64,000 nucleotides of DNA from Zancudomyces culisetae HAW-14-8 (Eukaryota > Fungi > Kickxellomycota), in the NCBI GenBank assembly GCA_052426225.1, contig JBNJNM010000011.1:62001-126000 (forward strand), given 5' to 3'. A program made the translations under genes and the position numbers. Shown one piece after another: positions 13,705 to 25,618 of the stretch (its first letter is position 1; each line of letters opens with the position of its first letter). The notes under the pieces were generated by a model that was not told the origin of the DNA, searched no databases, and worked only from the letters and a program-made list of their open reading frames with translations.

Positions 13705-15671
13705 TCTTGTTGTATATGATTGGGACTCGTATATATTTTCCTGTAGTTTTGTATAGGTCACTAAGTTTGTGCTGTTTTACACTGACTTTTTTCTTTTTTT
13801 AAAGAAAAATAACCATTAGGAGTATTTGGTTTATACTATTATGGTATTTTCTGTTAATCTTTATTCTAGAAGTTGTTGGTTGTATGACAATAAACTCGTT
13901 GGTTGAAGTTTTTTTTTTGGTTTCTCGGCTGCTTTCGTGGTTGAATTATGTGCGACTCTTTTTAAAGTTATTTTTTATATAATCTAGTAAAAGATACACT
14001 CAAATAGTCAAAAAAGACATCAGTATTGCAATAGGGACTTATTATCAAAACGAAAAAGTGTATTGATATAGGCGAAATGCTAGTGTGAGTTAATATTTAA
14101 TCTTTAAAATCTTGATATGACCCAAGTTTTATTCAAGCGTATTTATTGAAAAAAATAACCTGTGGTATAAAACCGAAAACCTGAAATAATACAAGCATTC
14201 CGTGCTACTTAGAACGATGTGTGTATTATTCATAGACGGGAAAAGTATGGTAGAAGAGCCTACCGATTATTTTGAATTTTGGGGATACATTTCACTAAAC
14301 ATGTCTTGCTATTTGAACCCCCACTAATATAATTTATTTTTACATTGAAAAGAAACTATTATGAGCATCTAGATCTTTGTACATTAGGTTTAATTGGTAA
14401 AATCAACAAGTAATTTCACCATTTACCATCTTTCCCTTTAATTTACACGGCCTTTTGAGCAATAGTCTTTCTTATTCAAAAGAAAAAATGGAAAATCATT
14501 GGAACAGCATTTCAACTTAACCACATCAAATGATTTAGTGGGATGTAAATCCAAACTCCATAATACCCCAGCTTTATTTGCCTTATTTTTGCCCATAAAA
14601 CGCCAATGAGTAATTTGTCTTTTAATACTTGACACGCGAATAATACTATCACATAAAACTCTCCCATTGACTAGAACTAACAAATAAAATGACCCAGAAC
14701 TTTAATATTGATGAAAATCTGGATTCCTTCAATACAGAAAAAAAAGCTTAATTTTGGGACAGAGATGCAAAACAGCTTTAGCCAAGGGTACAAATGAGCT
14801 TTACACGCGTAAATGCTTAGGCCTAACTATTTCCTAGCCTTCATTTCGCCTACTACTTGGGCTTTGACAATATGAAATGCTTGATTTGTTGTAGTCGGGA
14901 TTTTTTATAAAAACATGAACAATAACTGGCAATATGTTTTACAACACTAGGCCTTGCATATTTCCATCCCACTCCTGCACGATTTAAATATGATATTAGT
15001 GGATAGAAGTTGAATAAAAAACACCCAACTCCTTATACACTGCCATATTTAAAACTACAAGACATGTACGTATTATAGTTCATAAATTTTGAAACAAGGC
15101 TGATGGTGATGACCAAGAAATACACAAGAAAATTCAAAAGATAGAGAAATGCCGCTTTTTTAATGGCTACAAAAGCGCAACAATACAGCTAGATAAACAC
15201 AAGAGAGGTTGGCGCTAAATAAGATGGCAGCCAGAATATAAAAAAATACTTTTACTGAGCCGGACAGGCATACCAATTGGCAAATAGTCTATAAACTCTT
15301 ATACACACTTTTCATTATAAGCTACCAAAGTCTTTCATGAGTAGTAAAATTGAAAATGGCAATTTCTGAGATAGTGCAACAACCAAAGCTTGAAGTTTTT
15401 ATTAATGATTCCAATGTGAGTTGCTGGGGCAATTGTATATAACAACATGGTTGAGAAAAGAAAATTCTGTAGTATTAAATAAATAAATAATGGTTGTTTT
15501 AGTGTTGCGAAAACGCAACTGCGACATTTCCGTCAAAGTTTTATAGGTATAAATGTAAGAATTGCAAATCATCTTTAGAAAAAAGCTCTATATTTTTATT
15601 TCCAATCATCGGAAAGCCGGTTTACAAGTATCAATGATTGCAGCAAGAGTAAAAGTTGGCCATTTCTTTTT

Positions 15672-16866
15672 TTATTTCCCTTTGTTTTTTCTCTCTTTCT
15701 TATCATCATCCCCCTTCTTTTCTTTCTTTTCTTTCTTTTCTTTCTTTTCTTTCTTCTCTTTCTTATCCTTCTTTTCCTTCTTTTCTTTCTTTTCTTTCTT
15801 CTGCTTCTTCTCTTTCTTATCCTTCTTTTCCTTCTTATCTTTCTTGTCAGATTTTTGTTTTTTTGATGATTTCTTCAAAGAACCCTCTTCTAAATAAATC
15901 GAGGAATTATTTTTTTGGTCAACATCATCTTCACGGTGTTTTCGTTTCTTATTTGCCTTCTCTTCGCTAGATTGAAGCTGAGAAACTGTGGATTCCGATG
16001 AAGGTCTAGTAAAACGTGACAAATCAACTGTATTTTCTTGATTGCTATTCGCACTCTTAAACCCAATAAAGGCAAAATCTGCATTTGTATCCGAATCATC
16101 GCCCTTTGATTCAGTCCGCTTTTTGTTACCACCAAGGGGTTGTTTCTGAGCAAAGTATTCGTAAATGTTTAGACTGCTGGTCTTTGTATTAAAAGAGTCT
16201 GGTTCGGAACTTTTTTTGTTCATTTCACCTTTTGCCTCATTTTCCACATCTTTTGTTTGTTCGACTTGCTTGTTATCTCTGATTCCGAGAATTTTATTTA
16301 CATTTGATAATTCTTGAATCGCCAACATTTTCATTTTTCGAAATTTTGAACGATGGGTTAGACGGTGACTAATTACAGCAGACTTTACTTGAACAACATT
16401 TTCCTTTTCCTTCGCCTTCTCAGTGGCATGAAGTTGTTCTATTTTGGAATCGCTCTCTGAACTCCCACTTCCACCCTCGTTGTCATTACTTCTTCCACCA
16501 TTTAGTCTTGCTAAAACAGCCTCAAAATCACCAGAACTCTCCATCCAGTTTTCTATACTTTTCTTGTTTGCACCAATTCCATGATTATTTAGCTTTAACC
16601 TAACTTTAAGGCTATCTGTCATTCCACTTTCATTCGCACCCAAACCTTTTCCTTCTTTCCAGCCCATTTTCTGCATCAACTTGTAACCAAATTTATCCTT
16701 GTCTATATAAATTTATATCATTATGTTATATACACCGCACTTTGGTGGAAAATAAATAGAATAAAAACGGAATATCGATATATCAAAACAACTCACCGTT
16801 CCCCCAGTTTAGATTTCTAGGGTCTACCCCAATTCTTTGTTTAACTTTTACCTCTGCCAGACCCAT
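15672..16866 (-). CDS. PXR1: G-patch protein PinX1/Pxr1/Gno1, 2 exons, KKE-repeat tail
   Basis: Exon 1 16866-16797 (MGLAEVKVKQRIGVDPRNLNWGN), GTGAGT intron, exon 2 from 16702 with FGYKLMQKMGWKEGKGLG...GIG G-patch; (KKE/KKD)n C-terminus. Confidence 0.92.
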
Positions 16867-17072
16867 TATATCGTTATATTCTTATATACAAATCCAAATT
16901 GCTATTATACTGAAATCAACCTAATAAACCAAGAGTATAAATGAAATTACGGTGGTATGATTTAACAATTTCATCAAAAATAAAAAATAAAAAATAAAAA
17001 ATTTTTCTTTAAATCGAAAAAAATCAAATTGAAAAAAAAAAATGAAAATCAACAAAAAATAATTATAGTTGC

Positions 17073-17077
17073 AAAAA
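17073..17077 (-). terminator. Pol III T5 terminator after the tRNA pair
   Basis: TTTTT on the minus strand 4 nt after tRNA-Thr(UGU); no run of 4 or more T between the two tRNAs. Confidence 0.7.
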
Positions 17078-17081
17078 TGAA

Positions 17082-17153
17082 TGCCTAATGGGTGGATCGA
17101 ACACCCGACCTTTGGTTTACAAGACCAACGCTCTACCACTGAGCTAATCAGGC
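17082..17153 (-). tRNA. tRNA-Thr(UGU)
   Basis: GCCTGATTAGCTCAGTGGTAGAGCG TTGGT CT-TGT-AA ACCAA AGGTC GGGTG TTCGATC CACCC ATTAGGC A; full cloverleaf, no intron. Confidence 0.97.
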
Positions 17154-17159
17154 AAACAG

Positions 17160-17232
17160 TGCCTTCTGTCGGAATCGAACCGACGACCTTCTGCTTACTA
17201 GGCAGACGCTCTGCCAACTGAGCCAAGAAGGC
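17160..17232 (-). tRNA. tRNA-Thr(AGU)
   Basis: GCCTTCTTGGCTCAGTTGGCAGAGCG TCTGC CT-AGT-AA GCAGA AGGTC GTCGG TTCGATT CCGAC AGAAGGC A; full cloverleaf. Confidence 0.97.
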
Positions 17233-18225
17233 AACTTTTTTGTAAACCAAGTAAAAAAATTATATACATACGTTTTTCACTTTTAATATTTTACATAACT
17301 GATTTAATTTTATGTTGGTTTTTAAAGATACTAATACTAGAATAAACAGTGTTACTTGTGTCATTCCATAAAAATCTCATATGTATACATTTATGTACAA
17401 CACTTTAAAGATATTTTGGAACTGACTAAATATTCGATTTACTGTCTTTCTCACATTTACACTTTTCCAAACATTTATTTTTTCCTCAATATGGTATTAA
17501 ATGTACTATAAAGCATTGCTGGTTTTTTCTAGTGTAGAAAGAATACCTATTTCTACTATTTTATGGGTGAGATCTCAACCTAGATTTATTTTTTTGAGCC
17601 AGTGAAATGAATCTGTTTCAACTGAGTTACGGTTTGACTAGTTCCTAGCAAGTTATGTTATTCAATCTGTATACTAGTTTTTTTTTCAAAAATGAAGTTA
17701 ACGGTTAAGTTTGCAAGTACAAAAATGTATTAGTGAGATAGTTTACTATAGTATTATAGTTGAATTAATTATCATTTATCCATTTATCCATTTATCAACT
17801 TGAAGCATTCTGAAAATTTAATTGCTTTAAATTGAATTTAAACTTATTTCAATGTAATATATATACATTGAAAATATCTACTTTTAAAGTTTTTTAGTAT
17901 TATTTGTTTGGTGATCAGAGTGCACGTAATCTGACTCTGTATTTTCTTATTGCGTACATAGCTCTTTTTTAGTTATAAAATAAAACTAAACATAAGCACA
18001 TGATTTCACTTAACTGCTTTATAATTTTGTCTTTTACGGTATTCAACTAGAAAAGTAAAGAAATCTCAGTTTAAATGCGATAATATAATAATCATTTACG
18101 GTGGCAGTTACTTTAGTCTCAAACATGTAAAGGATTAAAAAATCTATAAGCGGTGAAAATTTTGTAGATATATTACATAATATTCTTTTAAGAAGAGGGT
18201 AACTGGAATAGCTAGTATGGTTTAT

Positions 18226-19000
18226 TTATTTGTACCTGATTTTTTGGAAGAGAAAAAAAATATTGCTAAAGCAAAATAGAGATTTCATGAGCCGCTGTGA
18301 GTACATCTGGCTAATACATTGAATGGTGAGAGTAATAATAGTTCTTACAAAGTGATTGTATCTTGGTTTATATGACTTTTCAGGATTAAAGGTTGATTTA
18401 AGAACAACTAGCTCCTCATTCCTACTCACCTCTAACCATTTCGGTTTTTTGGGTGCATTTTTTCATTTATATTCTATTTTCCCTTTTCGTTCCATTTCCC
18501 TTGACCATCACACGTTTAGTAAGATAGATTTCTTATTTACTAGACTTTATATCATTTCCCTGTTAGTAACTATTGATATAGTATGGATCTTTTAATTTTA
18601 TGACAATTTTCAACTCCTTAATGCCCAACACATTACTTCTACAGCTTTATTTTATAATTCAGGGTATTTGATTGCAAACAACTTTAATGACCTGTTTTGG
18701 TTAAGAATAAAAACAAGTTCATGACTTTTTAAAGCTGCTGACTAGCAAATGACCAGTATTAGTCTCTTTTTGTGTTTATGCATTTTGAGATATGCGTTTG
18801 TTTTTTTTTTATATCAGTGATCAAAGCTATTACAGATCTATTTCAGGTTTGCTTTTATCAAATCAAATTAAAATAATTCAACCTTAGTAATATTGTATAA
18901 ATTTGTGATCTGTGCCAAATTTGCTAGGTTTTGGTAATTTTATCACCTATTATTCAACCAAGTGTACCTTTACGTTGTGCTAGCCATTGTAGGTGATTTC
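18226..19000 (-). mobile_element. Decayed Ty3/Gypsy-like pol fragment (RT connection + RNase H)
   Basis: One frame over 18720-18421 reads ..NRSLKLFAIKYPEL*NKAVEVMCWALRS*..ISIVTNREMI*SL..*WSREMERKGKIEYK*..VSR, in the order of the Gypsy RNase H consensus (SR.L...E..Y...EKE.LA..WAL....VVTDH..L...RW.....IEY.PG..N..AD.LSR). Upstream YQNLANLAQITNLYNITK resembles the RT thumb. Many stops. Confidence 0.5.
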
Positions 19001-19945
19001 TGTTTCTAATTCTGATGTTATAAATTATTTTTTTTTACTAAAATGAACTTATTACATTTTCACAAATTATATAGTGTCTATTTGAGATAATAATTCTAAA
19101 AAGCCGCATATTGTGTGTTACATTTTCAAAATAGCTGTGTAGTTACAATTTGTGGTCCCGTATTTCAAGATTTAGGTAATACTTTGAAATATAAGGCTGC
19201 ATTTAAGCAAATGTAAAGGGGTTTTACTGTATGCAAATGAGCTCGGGTCACTATGTTTTGTGTTCAGTTGCTCAAACTTTAAGGTTTTTATAGCGCAAGT
19301 GTTACAAGTGTTTGTATAAGGATATATATATTATATTTAGTTTGATTAGTGCTTACCAGAAATAGAATAAACTCTTTAGAACTTTAAACCAATTCAGTTA
19401 TATTTACAAATAAGCTTTTATTACCCAAACCTGTTTAAAATAAAGTTTCTTATAAAACATCGAGGAGTTGTTAAGGTTTATTGTACAAACGCCATTTTCT
19501 TTTATACTCAAAACATTTCTAAAATCTTACAAATAGAAACTCTAAATATGATGCCTAACTACAGAATGGTTTACATAAAAGCATTTTAGCAAGGTTTGGT
19601 AAATGGAGTAAAAGCTAAACCATCCATTATAAAGCGGTTGTTTAAAAGAGCTAAAAAAAGAGTAGTTTCTCCCTTCGACATGTATGGGGGGGGGGGTGAG
19701 CGGAGGAGATGATATCGAGAAAATTCAAATAAAGTATAGCGGGTTATGTTTCAACTCCAGAAACCCAATGGTGATTGTTTTATATCAAGTCATCTTTGAA
19801 GTTTCAAAATCAGCAGGTATCAGAATAAAATAGGCACAGGGTATTATTTATCTATTACGTTCATACATGCAAGACGTTGTAAAGACATAAATAAAAAAAC
19901 AAAGGCATATTTTTATCGAGACCCAGCCCATTCAGCTTGCTCATT

Positions 19946-20036
19946 TTGCCCTTGCCCTTGCCCTTGCCCTTGCCCTTGTTCTTGCCCTTGCCCTTGCCCT
20001 TGTTCTTGATTTTGTTTTTGTTTTTGTTTTTGTTTT
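19946..20036. repeat. Compound hexamer array drifting CTTGCC > CTTGTT > TTTGTT
   Basis: About 15 contiguous 6-bp units read directly. Confidence 0.9.
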
Positions 20037-20979
20037 AACTCTTTACTTTATAAGAGTATACTCGGTATATTCTCAATCGAACCAGGCCATTACGGGTTGA
20101 ATTAAACATGATAGAAACAAGTATCATTCGTTCAAAGCAAAAGGAACGAATGTAACAATAGCGTAGCTACATGAAACGTAAATATCATTTCTCTGTGTTT
20201 AGTTGCAAGAAAATGGGGTCAATGGATGCAGAGGCGAGCACGGATGCTGTAAACATGTAGCATGTAGAATATTTCTGTGTCAAATCGTTTATGCTTCTAC
20301 TTAGATGAGTTTTCGTGTTTATCAGTTGTGGTGTTGTTTATAATAACGATCTAATGATCAAAATTAGAGCAGTCAAGCACCATGGTGGTTCCTGAATAAA
20401 GTTTTAGTGACGCACGTTTCATGTTTGAATAAGAAAAAGGAAAAGAGAGCATTTCGATGATCTTATTTGACTGCGCCCGAAAATATAAACAAACAGTAAG
20501 CCGTAGTACCAAGTAAATTGTGAGATATGTAGATATTAATTAATACTTCAAAGTTGTATTTGTTACCAGTACTAGTTAATATTTGTCGATACTGGGTGAT
20601 TTTGATATTAATGTTGGGACAAAAATAGCAAGATTCATCTTTTTTTGAATTTGTTTGTTTGCATTTTGTAGTGCTCGTAAAAATAATTTAAACAGATTCA
20701 TTCAATTAATCAAAATTGGTCAAGTGAATGGATTCTCACTTCATAAATAATGCCATACTTGAAGAATCTTCGCAAATATTAGTCGAAAATGCACTGTAAA
20801 ATTATCATTTATTAACAAAGAAGTAAAAGAGGAAACGGAAAGATATAAAAAAAGCAGTGCAGCAATTTTTCTGCCTGTGTAATTTAGAGAACCCGAATCT
20901 TGTACCACCCTTGTTAATTGAAAAAATTTAACGCAAGGTCTATTGATTAAAGAAATATTTCACAGTGAAAAACTGATGT

Positions 20980-21660
20980 ATTAGGAAGTATTAGAGATAA
21001 AAGGAGTGTTACATTTTGGATTAATAATTACTAATTTGTTATAATTGAGATGCCGATGTAACACTATTTTGTTGTACAGATTGATAATAATTCCGGATTT
21101 AATTTTCATAAAATTGCAGGGATTACGGGTTAAAAGAGCCCTGAGTATTTCCATTTGCACTGAATACACAATGACTTAGTTGTGAAATTATCCAAGGCAA
21201 TAAATAAAACAAAAACTCAGCACAGCGCAAAAGAAGTGAATGGAACGATTATTTCCTTGAAAATTACAATTACCAAAATTGCTAACACTAGTAAAAATAA
21301 AATAATTGCATCATTCTTCAAATTAATACACGCTTCAAATGACCCAACATAATATAGAGCCAACAAGACGTCTAAATTAGCGAAAACTGAATAACAAAAC
21401 AATCGTCATATGAGTGGTACTAATGGCTTGTTTCCAACATATTCTTTCTCCCACATTCAGAGCAGGTTTCGGTTTGTACCTGCTTATCCAAACCCTTTGT
21501 TATGTACTAATCACCAACAAATTTTTTGTCTTTTTAGATTATGTAATCAGTGTGTGCAAAAATCATGGTGAACCTCTTATTAAATAAAAAGATATTGTAA
21601 TGCAAATAAAAGATCCAAAAACGCTATCAACTATACGTTGGATTCAGAAAAGTAAACAAA
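20980..21660 (+). mobile_element. Possible decayed non-LTR (LINE) ORF1/gag remnant
   Basis: Mostly open frame with scattered stops ending ..RFRFVPAYPNPLLCTNHQQIFCLFRLCNQC, then VCKNHGEP and CNANK..DPK in shifted frames; resembles Y.PNP.RC..CQ.FGH followed by further zinc knuckles. Confidence 0.3.
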
Positions 21661-22690
21661 CATCACACAACTGGTAAACAAAGACAGCTATATCTAGAAA
21701 CATTTCTAATGTATAGTTATATTGATAGATGATTGTACAAAAGAATCATCCAGACCTTCTATCATTAGTATATAAAGGCCTTTGTATGGAGATATGCGCT
21801 ATTGCACAAAGATATTTAACTTTCGCAATCTAAAAACAACATTATAGCTATTTGTGACTACGAGTGCAAAGTGTATTATTGTATCTACAACTATTGATTA
21901 GTTTATTTGCTATATACTCATTTTTAGTACAAAGTTGGTTCTAAGAACGTCAAGATATTACGTTTTACTCTTTTTAGATACAATTCTAGTGAATGAAATA
22001 ATTTGACACTATATATGTGAGTCTGTTCTTGACTGGAAACAAGTAGTTGGAGCCTTTACCGATCACAAAAACATCAGGCTTTGGGAAATATAAGCTACAG
22101 GATAATCACAAGGCACCAATCATCATTCTCCGCACTGAAAAGCTAAACTAATTGTATTACTGCTACTGAGTATTTCTCCTGAGCAATACCCGATCATTTT
22201 TCTCTATTCCATAAGAAAGCGAATTAGAGAAAGTCTTGCCAAAAGCAAGGGGAACTAAAATCATAATTGGAGAAAAGGAAGATATAAATAGTAACAAAAA
22301 AAAGCAAAAAATTTTCCTCTACATAATTGTAAAGTTTGTGTGATTGTTTGCTTTTGAAAGAATTTCAAAGGATACATTTATCATAACTTATTATCTCAAG
22401 AATTTAAAAAAGAGGGAAAAGACAAGAACGGCAAAAACAATACCATTAAAAGCTGGAGCTATCGCTTCGGGTAAAACGGCAAGAAAGTAAAAAGAAGCTA
22501 GTAAATATTGCTGGTAAGCTGGTGGTCTCAGTTAACGAAAACGTGGATAATAAATAGAAAAAAAATAGACACACAGTCATATTTGCAACTATTTTTATGC
22601 CATAAGCGAATTTTTTTTCAAAAAAGACTGTGTAGAACTAGATAAAAGTAAACAGTAAAAATACATTGAAACTGTAAAAGAAATCAAATA

Positions 22691-24328
22691 ATGGAATTAT
22701 TATCAGAAGGCCGCACCCAACCCTACGATGTGGTTTTGGGCAATCTAGTAGAAACACCAATGGGGCTGAGCAGGATGGGGCATACATTTCGAGGAACAGG
22801 GCAAGAAAAGCATAAAGTTGTAGGCACCGACGTGAAAAGAACCCTCGAAAGACCCTCAGAAATCCCCGCATGGGCTACAGATGGTAGCGAAGGGAATGTG
22901 CAAGCAGCAATAAATAGAATGGATAGACTCTTTGGAAAAAGCGAGAGGCTTGCAGCAGGAAGGTTCGCAGATGATCATTGTTATCCAAAGAACACCATAT
23001 GTTCAGTTATAAATGATCCAACCTGGCGCAGGGGTAGCATAGACTCGGGTGCTCGGTTTTTCAGTGACAAGAGAGAAGTAAGAGGAGATATACGAAGGAT
23101 AAAAGGTGTGGAAAGTAAAAAAAAGAGCTTGACCATTGAAAATTCAAACCAGTTCAAACGAAGCCTGTACCAGTCAACTGTGAACGATGCAGTAAAAACA
23201 AAACTGAAGAGCCCAAAGAGTCACCAAAAGACAGAGCTTCGGCAAAGCAGTAGAGTTGAATCGTTCCCCCTATCAGTGGAGAGGCTGGCACAAGAAAGTG
23301 TGGACATTTACCAGAAAAACAAAAAAGTTGAAGAAATGGAGGAGAAAATCAAAAGCACAAGGGCGCAGTTGGTGTCACAACTAGCTCTGATCGACAATTT
23401 GGAGGGGATGAACAAAAACCTCTGCTTTGAAATCAATGGTAAAATGGATACTATAAACGAGCTTTTGAAGAAAAACTACTTGTTGTCATTGAAGGAGCAA
23501 AAAATCACCAACAAGTTAATTAATTGTCAGGCTGAAAATGAAGCACTAAAAAAGGAGAATATTTTACTAAAGGCCAAGTTATCCAACATGCTGATATCAA
23601 ACAAACAAAAGACAGTTAAAACCAATGATGCAGATGGTGGAGCGAACAAAATGGGGTACAATGAGCTTTGTGAAATAGCATCGCAGTTCAAAACTCTAAA
23701 GAAGTATATACTCAGACTTTCAAACACGCTATTACTGGTGGACAAAGAAAATAAGAACTTCATTGAGAATAACAGGCTGATAGTTCCTAGCCACTTGGAT
23801 ATATGTTCCTGTAATCAAAACAACTTAATTACACTGGGTAGTGGTCGTGCTCAGAAGGGTATCTCAAGCTACAATATCGACAGCACTGGTTTAAAAGTCA
23901 AGTCATATTTTGTGGATTTGTATGAATTGATAAACAACACAAACCTTGCAATAAAAAGATTTATCGATTCTGGAGATGGTCTGGAAAACTATGTATCGCT
24001 ATCTTCTCCATTTCCATCACCGATTGATAAAACCCCCACCCCGTTTCCTATAAATACAACCAAAGTACACAATAATGAATTTTCAGTTACCAGAAATAGC
24101 GATACCACCATCTCACCCAAACCTGATTGTCCCTCTTGCGAAAACTTCAAAACCACAATTGAATCTCTACTTCTTGACAATGACTTTTATCGTGAAAACA
24201 TTGACAATCTTCAAACCCGGCTAATTGGCTGTGTTGATGACCATAATCTACTTGTTGACAAGTTCATTGCGCATAAAAAAGATATTTTAGAAAGCTTCAA
24301 CATCGCTTCTTCACCCCTACGGTCATGA
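22691..24328 (+). CDS. Uncharacterised coiled-coil protein, 545 aa
   Basis: Long intronless ORF; heptad-like segments at about aa 195-300 and near the C-terminus, preceded by a CPSC motif. No family recognised. Confidence 0.8.
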   Translation: MELLSEGRTQPYDVVLGNLVETPMGLSRMGHTFRGTGQEKHKVVGTDVKRTLERPSEIPAWATDGSEGNVQAAINRMDRLFGKSERLAAGRFADDHCYPKNTICSVINDPTWRRGSIDSGARFFSDKREVRGDIRRIKGVESKKKSLTIENSNQFKRSLYQSTVNDAVKTKLKSPKSHQKTELRQSSRVESFPLSVERLAQESVDIYQKNKKVEEMEEKIKSTRAQLVSQLALIDNLEGMNKNLCFEINGKMDTINELLKKNYLLSLKEQKITNKLINCQAENEALKKENILLKAKLSNMLISNKQKTVKTNDADGGANKMGYNELCEIASQFKTLKKYILRLSNTLLLVDKENKNFIENNRLIVPSHLDICSCNQNNLITLGSGRAQKGISSYNIDSTGLKVKSYFVDLYELINNTNLAIKRFIDSGDGLENYVSLSSPFPSPIDKTPTPFPINTTKVHNNEFSVTRNSDTTISPKPDCPSCENFKTTIESLLLDNDFYRENIDNLQTRLIGCVDDHNLLVDKFIAHKKDILESFNIASSPLRS

Positions 24329-24614
24329 TCTTATGTTACTTTTGTATTGTATGCTTAAATCACAGCTTTTTTTATAGCTTTTCGCTCAACCTCCACTAAA
24401 AGATTAATTTTTTTTAAATTAGTCGTAATTATGTATAACAGTTTATATTGCATCTTTATTTTTGTTCTAAAAATAAACGTATTAAGTATCAGTGCTATGT
24501 ATTATTAAGAAGTTGGTGTGAAGTTTAATGGGGTAAAATTGTTATAAACGCTTTCATTTTTTTTTATAATTTAAGGAAACTAAACATGAAAAAAAAGGAC
24601 CAAAGCAATATAAT

Positions 24615-25618
24615 TTATTCTCCACCATAATAAACGTGATTTACATCGACAAGTTTCAATCCACGCGCCCTAGAAATGTTTTCTGGAAGTTTCTGTTTTG
24701 AAAGCGCTTCAAAAGTACCCTTAACAACATTGAGCGGGTTTCTAGATCCTCTACACTTGGAAGACATGTCGCTAATCCCAATACATTTTGAAATCTCATG
24801 AATCACCGGATTTGTACGACATCCAAAGCCTGGCTTTCTTGCCCAAAAGTAAAGCTTGCATGCTTTGAATTTATGGTAAACATCGTGATAGATAGTTCGG
24901 TCATCATACCGAGGAAAGTATTGCATATTGCGAATGGCTTTTCGCGTAGCCTTCAAAATAGCACCTGGTACATCTGCGTCCTTGCCTTCCCCGTATCCCG
25001 CGCTTCCTCTACAGTTTCCCACTACCACTAGTGCAGTCATCGATGGGATTTTTCCCTTTCTTGTCATTTGCACAGTTCTTCTAACCAAGATCACCTTTGT
25101 AGTCAAGTTTTTGAAATCATCAAGTGTTATCCCCAAATCTTTCGTGTACACCAAGTCATCGTTGTTTGATAAAAAGTTTTTTTCAGGAGTTTTGAACTTT
25201 TCGATTGGAACAGGATCAGCTATGTCTGGATACTTCAACTTGTGAATTGAATTCAACTCTTTTTCTATTGAATCCTTGGAAACATCGCTATCAATACGCT
25301 TTTCCTTCATCAGTTGTTTTCTCCATAAATCTATTACCGATTTGTTTTCGCTAATGTCGTCATATACTGGATCAATAATCGAAAGGTCTGGAAACTTTTT
25401 AGCTTCGGAAATTGGTATAAGTGGTGTCTTGGACCAAACCTTTGTTGTGGAAAATGAACGGATTCCTCCTATTTTTTTTTATCGTTTGCAAGTTTTGTTG
25501 ATTTTTCATTTTCTGTTGTACGATCAGTTGAATGAACATTTCGATACATGTTGATTACAATGAAATAAAATTCTATTGTTATAGATATCTTACCGTATAA
25601 TTTCGATACCCTGTTCAT
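24615..25618 (-). CDS. MRPS5: Mitochondrial ribosomal protein uS5m, 2 exons
   Basis: Exon 1 25618-25594, exon 2 from 25468; presequence-like MNRVSKLYGGIRSFSTTK; S5 motifs RRTVQMTRKGK..ALVVVGN.RGSAGYGEGK, RTIYHD, PGFG, GSRNPLNVVK. Confidence 0.93.

Noticed and set aside
15562-15970. F/S/L-rich ORFs here, and similar antisense ORFs over CTI6, RAD26, RPL19, the ENT repeat and MED12
   Set aside because: Shadow frames of low-complexity or codon-biased real genes.
16921-17250. 109-aa ORF on the minus strand
   Set aside because: Spurious translation through the two tRNA genes.
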